Source: the human T2T-CHM13v2.0 reference genome, Homo sapiens
Reading direction: 5' to 3' (one strand)
DNA: 64,000 bases
Assembly: GCF_009914755.1 (NCBI RefSeq)
Contig: NC_060948.1
The notes beneath the pieces were generated by a model. It was given only the letters and a program-made list of their open reading frames with translations, was not told the DNA's origin and did not search any database. Shown here one piece after another: positions 42,627 through 56,847 of this stretch. A program made the translations under genes and the position numbers. Positions within the stretch are counted from its first letter, which is position 1. Each line of letters starts with the position of its first letter.

Positions 42627-45600
42627 CCAATGGAATGGAATTAAATGGAAATGAATCAAATTGAATAGCACGGAATTGAATTGAATGGAATTGAATGCAA
42701 TGGAATCTAATGAAACGGAAAGGAAAGGAATGGAATGGAATGGAATGGGCTGGAATGGAAAGGAATCGAAACGAATGGAATGGAATCGAACTGAAGAGAC
42801 TGGAATGGAATGCACTGGAATGGAAGGGAGTGTAATGGAAGGTTCTCGAAAAAAATGGAATCGAATGAAATGCAATTGAATGGAACGGAATAGAGTCGAA
42901 TGGAATTGAATGGAATGGAATGGACTAGAGTGAAATGGAATCGAACCACAAGGAATGGACAGGAATAGAATGGTCTCGAATTGAATGGAATCGTATGGAA
43001 TGGCATCAAACGGAATGGAATGGACAGCCACGGAATGGAATGCACTCGAATGCAATGGAGTCGAAACTAATGGACTGGAATAGAATGGACTCGACTGGTA
43101 CGGACTCCAATGGAATGGAATCGAATGGAAGGGAATCGAACGGAATGGACTCGAAGGGAAAAGACTGCAATGGAAAGGTCTCGAATGGAATGGAAATTAA
43201 TGGAATGGAATGGAATCGAATGAAATGGAGTCGAAAGGAATGGAATCGAATGGCAAGAAATCGAATGTAATGGAATCGCAAGGAATTGATGTGAACGGAA
43301 CGGAATGGAATGGAATCCAAAGGAATGGAATAGAATGGAATGGAATCGAATGGAAAGGACTCGAATGGAAATCACTCGAATAGAATACAATTTAATAAAA
43401 TAGGATCAAATGTAATGGAATGGAATGGAAAGGAATCGAAACGAAAGGAATGGAGACAGATGGAATGGAATGGAACAGAGAGCAATGGTATAGAATGGAA
43501 TGGAATCATCTGGAATGGAATTGAATGGAATGGAATAATATGAAATGGAATGCAATGGAATGGAATGGAATGCCCTTGAATTAAATGGACTGGAATGGAA
43601 TGGACTCGAACAGAGTGGAATGGAAAGTGTTGAGATAGAATGGAATGGACTCCTTTGGAATGGTGTAGTATGCAATGCAATCGACTGGCAGGGAATCAAA
43701 AGGAATGTAATCGAATGGATTGGACTGGAATGCAATGGACTCGAATAGATTGGAAACGGAATGCAAAGGAATGGAATGGAATAGTATGGAATGGAATGGA
43801 AAGGAATGGAGTGGAATAGACTAGAGTGGAATGGAATGGACTGGAAAGCAATGGACTGGAATGGAACTTTCTTGAATGGACTGGAATCAAACGGAATGGA
43901 ATGCAATGCAATCAAATGGCATGGAATAAAATAGAATGAAAGAGAATCAAATGGAATTGAATCGAATGGAATCGAATGGATTGGAAAGGAATAGAATGGA
44001 ATGGAATGGAATTGACTCAAATGGAATGGACTAGAATGGAATGGATTCGAATGGAAGGCAAAGGAATGGAATATATTGGAATGGACTGTAATGGAATGGA
44101 ATGGAAGGGATTGGAATGGACTCGAATGGAATGGACTGCAATAGAAAGGATTCGAATTGAATGAAAAAGATTTGAATGGAATAGAACAGAATGGAATCAA
44201 ATCGAATGAAATGGAATGGAATAGAAAGGAATGGAATGAAATGGAATGGAAAGGATTCGAATGGAATGCAATCGAATGGAATGGAATCGAACGGAATGGA
44301 ATAAAATGGAAGAAAACTGGCAAGAAATGGAATCGAAATGAATGGAGTGTTATGGAACGGACTCAAAAGGAATTGAATGTAATAGAATGGAGTGGAGTGG
44401 ACTCGAATATAATGGACTGGAATGGAATGAAATCACATGGAATGGGAACGAATGGAATGGAATGGAAAGGAATGGAATCGAATGGAAAGGAATCGAATGG
44501 AAGGGAATGAAATTGAATCAACAGGAATGGAAGGGAATAGAATAGACGGTAATGGAATGGACTCGAATAGAATGGACACGAATGCTCAAATTGAATGGAC
44601 TCGAATGGAATGGAAAAGAAAGGAATGTCATCGAATGGAATTGAATCGATTGGAATGAAATCACTTAGAATCGAGTGGAATCAAATGGAATTGAATCGAA
44701 AGGAAAGGAAGCGAATGGACTGAAATGAAATGGAATGGAATTGAATGGAAAGTAATGCAATGGAATAGAATGGAACGAAATTTCACGGAATGGAATCAAA
44801 CTGAATGGAATCAAATCAATGGAATCTAATCAAATGGAATGGAAAGGAATTGAATGGAGTAGATTGGATTGGATGGGATTGGAATGAAATGTACTGGAAA
44901 GGACTCGAATTTCATGAAACGGAATGGAATGAATTGGAACGGAATGGACTCGAATGGAATGGAATGTCATGGAATGGCATCAAATGGAATGGCATCAAAT
45001 GGAATGGAATCGAATGCAATGGAATGTTATGGAATGGAATGGAATGCATTGGAATGGAATGTCCTCTAATGGAATGGATTCGAGTGGAATGGAATCGAAT
45101 ATAATGGAGTCGAATGAAATGGAATTGAAAGGAATGGGATCGAATACAATAGAATATACTGGAATGTAATGTAATGAACTCGAATGTAATTGACTGGAAT
45201 GGAATGTACATGAATGGAATGTAATCGAATGGAAAGTAATCCAATGGAATAGAATCTAATGCAATAAAACCGACTCAGATAGAGTAGAATGTAATGGAAT
45301 GGAGTGCAGTGCAATGGTATGGAATGGAATTGAATGCAATGGAATGGAATGGAATGGAATGGAATGGAATGGAATGGAATGGAATGGGATGGAATGGTAT
45401 GGAATGGATAGTAATGGACTGGAGTGAAATGGACTGGAAAGGAATGGACTCAAATTGAAAGGGCTCGAAAGGAATGGAGTCAAATGGAATGGTCTGGAAT
45501 GGAATGAACACGAATGTAATGCAACCCAATAGAATGGAATCGAATGGCATGGAATATAAAGAAATGGAATCGAAGAGAATGGAAACAAATGGAATGGAAT

Positions 45601-46195
45601 TGAATGGAATGGAATTGAATGGAATGGGAACGAATGGAGTGAAATTGTATGCAGTAGAAGAGAATAGAATGGAATGCAAGCGAAAGGAAAGGAATGGATT
45701 GGAATGGAATGGAATTCATTGGAATGGAAGGGAATGTAGTGTAATGGACAGGCCTGGAATAAAGTGGAATGCTACGGTCTCGAATGGAATAAAAATGTAT
45801 GGAATGGAATGCAATGAAACGGAATCGAATGTCATAGAATGTAATGGAATGCAAAAAAATGGAATCCAAAATCATTGACTGGAAAGGCTTGGTGTCGAAA
45901 GGAATTGACTCCAATGGAATGGAATCGAATGGAATGGAAGTGAATAGAATCGAACTAAATCGAATGGAATGGAATTGATAGGAACGGAATGGAAAGGAAT
46001 GCAATGATTTGGCATGGAATGGAATCGAATGGCATCGAATGGAATGGAATGGAATGCAATGGAATGGAATGTATTAGAATGTAATGAACTTTAATGGAAT
46101 GTACTCGAATGGATTCGACTGGAATGGAATGTTCTGGAAGTGAATGGACTCCAATGGAATGGATTCAAAAGGAATGGAATCGTACGGAATGGAAT
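42627..46195 (+). repeat. DYZ1 monomer U13 (3,569 bp; copy of U6)
   Basis: ORF translations match U6 at offset 24,903. Confidence 0.9.
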
Positions 46196-49100
46196 CTAAT
46201 GGAATGGAATTAAATGGAAATGAATCAAATTGAATAGCACGGAATTGAATTGAATGGAATGGAATGCAATGGAATCTAATGAAACGGAAAGGAAAGGAAT
46301 GGAATGGAATGGAATGGGCTGGAATGGAAAGGAATCGAAACGAATGGAATGGAATCGAACTGAAGAGACTGGAATGGAATGCACTGGAATGGAAGGGAGT
46401 GTAATGGAAGGTTCTCGAAAAAAATGGAATCGAATGGAATGGAATTGAATGGAACGGAATAGAGTCGAATGGAATTGAATGGAATGGAATGGACTAGAGT
46501 GAAATGGAATCGAACCACAAGGAATGGACAGGAATAGAATGGTCTCGAATTGAATGGGATCGTATGGAATGGCATCAAACGGAATGGAATGGACAGCCAC
46601 GGAATGGAATGCACTCGAATGCAATGGAGTCGAAACTAATGGACTGGAATAGAATGGACTCGACTGGTACGGACTCCAATGGAATGGAATCGAATGGAAG
46701 GGAATCGAACGGAATGGACTCGAAGGGAAAAGACTGCAATGGAAAGGTCTCGAATGGAATGGAAATTAATGGAATGGAATGGAATCGAATGAAATGGAGT
46801 CAAAAGGAATGGAATCGAATGGCAAGAAATCGAATGTAATGGAATCGCAAGGAATTGATGTGAACGGAACGGAATGGAATGGAATCCAAAGGAATGGAAT
46901 AGAATGGAATGGAATCGAATGGAAAGGACTCGAATGGAAATCACTCGAATAGAATGCAATTTAATAAAATAGGATCAAATGTAATGGAATGGAATGGAAA
47001 GGAATCGAAACGAAAGGAATGGAGACAGATGGAATGGAATGGAACAGAGAGCAATGGTATAGAATGGAATGGAATCATCTGGAATGGAATTGAATGGAAT
47101 GGAATAATATGAAATGGAATGGAATGGAATGGAATGGAATGCCCTTGAATTAAATGGACTGGACTCGAACAGAGTGGAATGGAAAGTGTTGAGATAGAAT
47201 GGAATGGACTCCTTTGGAATGGTGTAGTATGCAATGCAATCGACTGGCATGGAATCAAAAGGAATGTAATCGAATGGATTGGACTGGAATGCAATGGACT
47301 CGAATAGATTGGAAACGGAATGCAAAGGAATGGAATGGAATAGTATGGAATGGAATGGAAAGGAATGGAGTGGAATAGACTAGAGTGGAATGGAATGGAC
47401 TGGAAAGCAATGGACTGGAATGGAACTTTCTTGAATGGACTGGAATCAAACGGAATGGAATGCAATGCAATCAAATGGCATGGAATAAAATAGAATGAAA
47501 GAGAATCAAATGGAATTGAATCGAATGGAATCGAATGGATTGGAAAGGAATAGAATGGAATGGAATGGAATTGACTCAAATGGAATGGACTAGAATGGAA
47601 TGGATTCGAATGGAAGGCAAAGGAATGGAATCTATTGGAATGGACTGTAATGGAATGGAATGGAAGGGATTGGAATGGACTCGAATGGAATGGACTGCAA
47701 TAGAAAGGATTCGAATGGAATGAAAAAGAATTGAATGGAATAGAACAGAATGGAATCAAATCGAATGAAATGGAATGGAATAGAAAGGAATGGAATGAAA
47801 TGGAATGGAAAGGATTCGAATGGAATGCAATCGAATGGAATGGAATAAAATGGAAGAAAACAGGCAAGAAATGGAATCGAAAGGAATGGAGTGTTATGGA
47901 ACGGACTCAAAAGGAATTGAATGTAATAGAATGGAGTGGAGTGGACTCGAATATAATGGACTGGAATGGAATGAAATCACATGGAATGGGAACGAATGGA
48001 ATGGAATGGAAAGGAATGGAATCGAATGGAAAGGAATCGAATGGAAGGGAATGAAATTGAATCAACAGGAATGGAAGGGAATAGAATAGACGGTAATGGA
48101 ATGGACTCGAATAGAATGGACACGAATGCTCAAATTGAATGGACTCGAATGGAATGGAAACGAAAGGAATGTCATCGAATGGAATTGAATCGATTGGAAT
48201 GAAATCGCATAGAATGGAGTGGAATCAAATGGAATTGAATCGAAAGGAAAGGAAGCGAATGGACTGAAATGAAATGGAATGGAATTGAATGGAAAGTAAT
48301 GCAATGGAATAGAATGGAACGAAATTTCACGGAATGGAATCAAACTGAATGGAATCAAATCAATGGAATATAATCAAATGGAATGGAAAGGAATTGAATG
48401 GAGTAGATTGGATTGGATGGGATTGGAATGAAATGTACTGGAAAGGACTCGAATTTCATGAAACGGAATGGAATGAATTGGAACGGAATGGACTCGAATG
48501 GAATGGAATGTCATGGAATGGCATCAAATGGAATGGCATCAAATGGAATGGAATCGAATGCAATGGAATGCTATGGAATGGAATGGAATGCATTGGAATG
48601 GAATGTCCTCTAATGGAATGGATTCGAGTGGAATGGAATCGAATATAATGGAGTCGAATGAAATGGAATTGAAAGGAATGGGATCGAATACAATGGAATA
48701 TACTGGAATGTAATGTAATGAACTCGAATGTAATTGACTGGAATGGAATGTACATGAATGGAATGTAATCGAATGGAAAGTAATCCAATGGAATAGAATC
48801 TAATGCAATAAAATCGACTCAGATAGAGTAGAATGTAATGGAATGGAGTGCAGTGCAATGGAATGGAATGGAATGGAATGCAATGTAATGGAATGGAATG
48901 GAATGGAATGGAATGGGATGGAATGGTATGGAATGGACAGTAATGGACTGGAGTGAAATGGACTGGAAAGGAATGGACTCAAATTGAAAGGGCTCGAAAG
49001 GAATAGAGACAAATGGAATGGTCTGGAATGGAATGAACACGAATGTAATGCAATCCAATAGAATGGAGTCGAATGGCATGGAATATAAAGAAATGGAATC

Positions 49101-49724
49101 GAAGAGAATGGAAACAAATGGAATGGAATTGAATGGAATGGAATTGAATGGAATGGGAACGAATGGAGTGAAATTTTATGCAGTAGAAGAGAATAGAATG
49201 GAATGCAAGAGAAACGAAAGGAATGGATTGGAATGGAATGGAATTCATTGGAATGGAATGGAATGTAGTGTAATGGACAGGCCTGGAATAAAGTGGAATG
49301 CTACGGTCTCGAATGGAATAAAAATGTATGGAATGGAATGCAATGAAACGGAATCGAATGTCATAGAATGTAATGGAATGCAAAAAAATGGAATCCAAAA
49401 TCATTGACTGGAAAGGCTGGGTGTCAAAAGGAATTGACTCCAATGGAATGGAATCGAATGGAATGGAAGTGAATAGAATCGAACTAAATCGAATGGAATG
49501 GAATTGATAGGAACGGAATGGAAAGGAATGCAATGATTTGGCATGGAATGGAATCGAATGGCATCGAATGGAATGGAATGGAATGCAATGGAATGGAATG
49601 TATTAGAATGAAATGAACTTTAATGGAATGTACTCGAATGGATTCGACTGGAATGGAATGTTCTGGAAGTGAATGGACTCCAATGGAATGGATTCAAAAG
49701 GAATGGAATCGGACGGAATGGAAT
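46196..49724 (+). repeat. DYZ1 monomer U14 (3,529 bp; copy of U7)
   Basis: ORF translations match U7 at offset 24,903. Confidence 0.9.
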
Positions 49725-52700
49725 CTAATGGAATGGAATTAAGTGGAAATGAATCAAATTGAATAGCACGGAATTGAATTGAATGGAATGGAATGCAATG
49801 GAATCTAATGAAACGGAAAGGAAAGGAATGGAATGGAATGGAATGGGCTGGAATGGAAAGGAATCGAAACGAATGGAATGGAATCGAACTGAAGAGACTG
49901 GAATGGAATGCACTGGAATGGAAGGGAGTGTAATGGAAGGTTCTCGAAAAAAATGGAATCGAATGGAATGGAATTGAATGGAACGGAATAGAGTCGAATG
50001 GAATTGAATGGAATGGAATGGACTAGAGTGAAATGGAATCGAACCACAAGGAATGGACAGGAATAGAATGGTCTCGAATTGAATGGGATCGTATGGAATG
50101 GCATCAAACGGAATGGAATGGACAGCCACGGAATGGAATGCACTCGAATGCAATGGAGTCGAAACTAATGGACTGGAATAGAATGGACTCGACTGGTACG
50201 GACTCCAATGGAATGGAATCGAATGGAAGGGAATCGAACGGAATGGACTCGAAGGGAAAAGACTGCAATGGAAAGGTCTCGAATGGAATGGAAATTAATG
50301 GAATGGATTGGAATCGAATGAAATGGAGTCAAAAGGAATGGAATCGAATGGCAAGAAATCGAATGTAATGGAATCGCAAGGAATTGATGTGAACGGAACG
50401 GAATGGAATGGAATCCAAAGGAATGGAATAGAATGGAATGGAATCGAATGGAAAGGACTCGAATGGAAATCACTCGAATAGAATGCAATTTAATAAAATA
50501 GGATCAAATGTAATGGAATGGAATGGAAAGGAATCGAAACGAAAGGAATGGAGACAGATGGAATGGAATGGAACAGAGAGCAATGGTATAGAATGGAATG
50601 GAATCATCTGGAATGGAATTGAATGGAATGGAATAATATGAAATGGAATGGAATGGAATGGAATGGAATGCCCTTGAATTAAATGGACTGGACTCGAACA
50701 GAGTGGAATGGAAAGTGTTGAGATAGAATGGAATGGACTCCTTTGGAATGGTGTAGTATGCAATGCAATCGACTGGCATGGAATCAAAAGGAATGTAATG
50801 GAATGGATTGGACTGGAATGCAATGGACTCGAATAGATTGGAAACGGAATGCAAAGGAATGGAATGGAATAGTATGGAATGGAATGGAAAGGAATCGAGT
50901 GGAATAGACTAGAGTGGAATGGAATGGACTGGAAAGCAATGGACTGGAATGGAACTTTCTTGAATGGACTGGAATCAAACGGAATGGAATGCAATGCAAT
51001 CAAATGGCATGGAATAAAATAGAATGAAAGAGAATCAAATGGAATTGAATTGAATGGAATCGAATGGATTGGAAAGGAATAGAATGGAATGGAATGGAAT
51101 TGACTCAAATGGAATGGACTAGAATGGAATGGATTCGAATGGAAGGCAAAGGAATGGAATCTATTGGAATGGACTGTAATGGAATGGAATGGAAGGGATT
51201 GGAATGGACTCGAATGGAATGGACTGCAATAGAAAGGATTCGAATGGAATGAAAAAGAATTGAATGGAATAGAACAGAATGGAATCAAATCGAATGAAAT
51301 GGAATGGAATAGAAAGGAATGGAATGAAATGGAATGGAAAGGATTCGAATGGAATGCAATCGAATGGAATGGAATCGAACGGAATGGAATAAAATGGAAG
51401 AAAACAGGCAAGAAATGGAATCGAAAGGAATGGAGTGTTATGGAACGGACTCAAAAGGAATTGAATGTAATAGAATGGAGTGGAGTGGACTCTAATATAA
51501 TGGACTGGAATGGAATGAAATCACATGGAATGGGAACGAATGGAATGGAATGGAAAGGAATGGAATCGAATGGAAAGGAATCAAATGGAAGGGAATGAAA
51601 TTGAATCAACAGGAATGGAAGGGAATAGAATAGACGGTAATGGAATGGACTCGAATAGAATGGACACGAATGCTCAAATTGAATGGACTCGAATGGAATG
51701 GAAACGAAAGGAATGTCATCGAATGGAATTGAATCGATTGGAATGAAATCGCATAGAATGGAGTGGAATCAAATGGAATTGAATCGAAAGGAAAGGAAGC
51801 GAATGGACTGAAATAAAATGGAATGGAATTGAATGGAAAGTAATGCAATGGAATAGAAGGGAACGAAATTTCACGGAATGGAATCAAACTGAATGGAATC
51901 AAATCAATGGAATCAAATCAAACGGAATGGAAAGGAATTGAATGGAGTAGATTGGATTGGATGGGATTGGAATGTAATGTACTGGAAAGGACTCGAATTT
52001 CATGAAACGGAATGGAATGAATTGGAACGGAATGGACTCGAATGGAATGGAATGTCATGGAATGGCATCAAATGGAATGGCATCAAATGGAATGGAATCG
52101 AATGCAATGGAATGCTATGGAATGGAATGGAATGCATTGGAATGGAATGTCCTCTAATGGAATGGATTCGAGTGGAATGGAATCGAATATAATGGAGTCG
52201 AATGAAATGGAATTGAAAGGAATGGGATCGAATACAATGGAATATACTGGAATGTAATGTAATGAACTCGAATGTAATTGACTGGAATGGAATGTACATG
52301 AATGGAATGTAATCGAAAGGAAAGTAATCCAATGGAATAGAATCTAATGCAGTAAAATCGACTCAGATAGAGTAGAATGTAATGGAATGGAGTGCAGTGC
52401 AATGCAATGGAATGGAATGGAATGCAATGGAATGGAATGGAATGGAATGGAATGGAATGGAATGGAATGGGATGGAATGGTATGGAATGGATAGTAATGG
52501 ACTGGAGTGAAATGGACTGCAAAGGAATGGACTCAAATTGAAAGGGCTCGAAAGGAATGGAGTCAAATGGAATGGTCTGGAATGGAATGAACACGAATGT
52601 AATGCAATCCAATAGAATGGAATCGAATGGCATGGAATATAAAGAAATGGAATCGAAGAGAATGGAAACAAATGGAATGGAATTGAATGGAATGGAATTG

Positions 52701-53278
52701 AATGGAATGGGAACGAATGGAGTGAAATTGTATGCAGTAGAAGGGAATAGAATGGAATGCAAGCGAAAGGAAAGGAATGGATTGGAATGGAATGGAATTC
52801 ATTGGAATGGAAGGGAATGTAGTGTAATGGACAGGCCTGGAATAAAGTGGAATGCTACGGTCTCAAATGGAATAAAAATGTATGGAATGGAATGCAATGA
52901 AACGGAATCGAATGTCATAGAATGTAATGGAATGCAAAAAAATGGAATCCAAAATCATTGACTGGAAAGGCTGGGTGTCGAAAGGAATTGACTCCAATGG
53001 AATGGAATCGAATGGAGTGGAAGTGAATAGAATCGAACTAAATCGAATGGAATGGAATTGATAGGAACGGAATGGAAAGGAATGCAATGATTTGGCATGG
53101 AATGGAATCGAATGGCATCGAATGGAATGGAATGGAATGCAATGGAATGGAACGTATTAGAATGTAATGAACTTTAATGGAATGTACTCGAATGGATTCG
53201 ACTGGAATGGAATGTTCTGGAAGTGAATGGACTCCAATGGAATGGATTCAAAAGGAATGGAATCGTACGGAATGGAAT
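49725..53278 (+). repeat. DYZ1 monomer U15 (3,554 bp; copy of U8 minus one GGAAT)
   Basis: Offset to U8 changes from 24,903 to 24,898 across the pure GGAAT tract at ~52,430-52,470. Confidence 0.9.
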
Positions 53279-56200
53279 CTAATGGAATGGAATTAAATGG
53301 AAATGAATCAAATTGAATAGCATGGAATTGAATTGAATGGAATCGAATGCAATGGAATCTAATGAAACGGAAAGGAAAGGAATGGAATGGAATGGAATGG
53401 GCTGGAATGGAAAGGAATCGAAACGAATGGAACGGAATCGAACTGAAGAGACTGGAATGGAATGCACTGGAATGGAAGGGAGTGTAATGGAAGGTTCTCG
53501 AAAAAAATGGAATCGAATGGAATGGAATTGAATGGAACGGAATAGAGTCGAATGGAATTGAATGGAATGGAATGGACTAGAGTGAAATGGAATCGAACCA
53601 CAAGGAATGGACAGGAATAGAATGGTCTCGAATTGAATGGAATCGTATGGAATGGCATCAAACGGAATGGAATGGACAGCCACGGAATGGAATGCACTCG
53701 AATGCAATGGAGTCGAAACTAATGGACTGGAATAGAATGGACTCGACTGGTACGGACTCCAATGGAATGGAATCGAATGGAAGGGAATCGAACGGAATGG
53801 ACTCGAAGGGAAAAGACTGCAATGGAAAGGTCTCGAATGGAATGGAAATAAATGGAATGGAATGGAATCGAATGAAATGGAGTCAAAAGGAATGGAATCG
53901 AATGGCAAGAAATCGAATGTAATGGAATCGCAAGGAATTGATGTGAATGGAACGGAATGGAATGGAATCCAAAGGAATGGAATAGAATGGAATGGAATCG
54001 AATGGAAAGGACTCGAATGGAAATCACTCGAATAGAATGCAATTTAATAAAATAGGACCAAATGTAATGGAATGGAATGGAAAGGAATCGAAACGAAAGG
54101 AATGGAGACAGATGGAATGGAATGGAACAGAGAGCAATGGTATAGAATGGAATGGAATCATCTGGAATGGAATTGAATGGAATGGAATAATATGAAATGG
54201 AATGGAATGGAATGGAATGGAATGCCCTTGAATTAAATGGACTGGAATGGAATGGACTCGAACAGAGTGGAATGGAAAGTGTTGAGATAGAATGGAATGG
54301 ACTCGTTTGGAATGGTCTAGTAGGCAATGCAATCGACTGGCAGGGAATCAAAAGGAATGTAATCGAATGGATTGGACTGGAATGCAATGGACTCGAATAG
54401 ATTGCAAACGGAATGCAAAGGAATGGAATGGAATAGTATGGAATGGAATGGAAAGGAATGGAGTGGAATAGAGTAGAGTGGAATGGAATGGACTGGAAAG
54501 AAATGGACTGGAATGGAACTTTCTTGAATGGACTGGAATCAAACGGAATGGAATGCAATGCAATCAAATGGCATGGAATAAAATAGAATGAAAGAGAATC
54601 AAATGGAATTGAATCGAATGGAATCGAATGGATTGGAAAGGAATAGAATGGAATGGAATGGAATTGACTCAAATGGAATGGACTAGAATGGAATGGATTC
54701 GAATGGAAGGCAAAGGAATGGAATCTATTGGAATGGACTGTAATGGAATGGAATGGAAGGGATTGGAATGGACTCGAATGGAATGGACTGCAATAGAAAG
54801 GATTCGAATGGAATGAAAAAGAATTGAATGGAATAGAACAGAATGGAATCAAATCGAATGAAATGGAATGGAATAGAAAGGAATGGAATGAAATGGAATG
54901 GAAAGGATTCGAATGGAATGCAATCGAATGGAATGGAATCGAACGGAATGGAATAAAATGGAAGAAAACTGGCAAGAAATGGAATCGAAATGAATGGAGT
55001 GTTATGGAACGGACTCAAAAGGAATTGAATGTAATAGAATGGAGTGGAGTGGACTCGAATATAATGGACTGGAATGGAATGAAATCACATGGAATGGGAA
55101 CGAATGGAATGGAATGGAAAGGAATGGAATCGAATGGAAAGGAATCGAATGGAAGGGAATGAAATTGAATCAACAGGAATGGAAGGGAATAGAATAGACG
55201 GTAATGGAATGGACTCGAATTGAATGGACACGAATGCTCAAATTGAATGGACTCGAATGGAATGGAAACGAAAGGAATGTCATCGAATGGAATTGAATCG
55301 ATTGGAATGAAATCGCATAGAATGGAGTGGAATCAAATGGAATTGAATCGAAAGGAAAGGAAGCGAATGGACTGAAATGAAATGGAATGGAATTGAATGG
55401 AAAGTAATGCAATGGAATAGAATGGAACGAAATTTCACGGAATGGAATCAAACTGAATGGAATCAAATCAATGAAATCTAATCAAATGGAATGGAAAGGA
55501 ATTGAATGGAGTAGATTGGATTGGATGGGATTGGAATGAAATGTACTGCAAAGGACTCGAATTTCATGAAACGGAATGGAATGAATTGGAACGGAATGGA
55601 CTCGAATGGAATGGAATGTCATGGAATGGCATCAAATGGAATGGCATCAAATGGAATGGAATCGAATGCAATGGAATGCTATGGAATGGAATGGAATGCA
55701 TTGGAATGGAATGTCCTCTAATGGAATGGATTCGAGTGGAATGGCATCGAATATAATGGAGTCGAATGAAATGGAATTGAAAAGAATGGGATCGAATACA
55801 ATGGAATATACTGGAATGTAATGTAATGAACTCGAATGTAATTGACTGGAATGGAATGTACATGAATGGAATGTAATCGAATGGAAAGTAATCCAATGGA
55901 ATAGAATCTAATGCAATAAAATCGACTCAAATAGAGTAGAATGTAATGGAATGGAGTGCAGTGCAATGGAATGGAATGGAATGGAATGCAATGGAATGGA
56001 ATGGAATGGAATGGAATGGAATGTAATTTAATGGAATGGGATGGAATGGTATGGAATGGATAGTAATGGACTGGAGTGAAATGGACTGGAAAGGAATGGA
56101 CTCAAATTGAAAGGGCTCGAAAGGAATGGAGTCAAATGGAATGGTCTGGAATGGAATGAACACGAATGTAATGCAATCCAATAGAATGGAATCGAATGGC

Positions 56201-56847
56201 ATGGAATATAAAGAAATGGAATCGAAGAGAATGGAAACAAATGGAATGGAATTGAATGGAATGGAATTGAATGGAATGGGAACGAATGGAGTGAAATTGT
56301 ATGCAGTAGAAGAGAATAGAATGGAATGCAAGCGAAAGGAAAGGAATGGATTGGAATGGAATGGAATTCATTGGAATGGAAGGGAATGTAGTGTAATGGA
56401 CAGGTCTGGAATAAAGTGGAATGCTACGGTCTCGAATGGAATAAAAATGTATGGAATGGAATGCAATGAAACGGAATCGAATGTCATAGAATGTAATGGA
56501 ATGCAAAAAAATGGAATCCAAAATCATTGACTGGAAAGGCTGGGTGTCGAAAGGAATTGACTCCAATGGAATGGAATCGAATGGAATGGAAGTGAATAGA
56601 ATCGAACTAAATCGAATGGAATGGAATTGATAGGAACGGAATGGAAAGGAATGCAATGATTTGGCATGGAATGGAATCGAATGGCATCGAATGGAATGGA
56701 ATGGAATGCAATGGAATGGAAAGTATTAGAATGTAATGAACTTTAATGGAATGTACTCGAATGGATTCGACTGGAATGGAATGTTCTGGAAGTGAATGGA
56801 CTCCAATGGAATGGATTCCAAAGGAATGGAATCGTACGGAATGGAAT
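53279..56847 (+). repeat. DYZ1 monomer U16 (3,569 bp; copy of U9)
   Basis: Same 418-aa and 209-aa artefact ORFs as U9 at offset 24,898. Confidence 0.9.
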
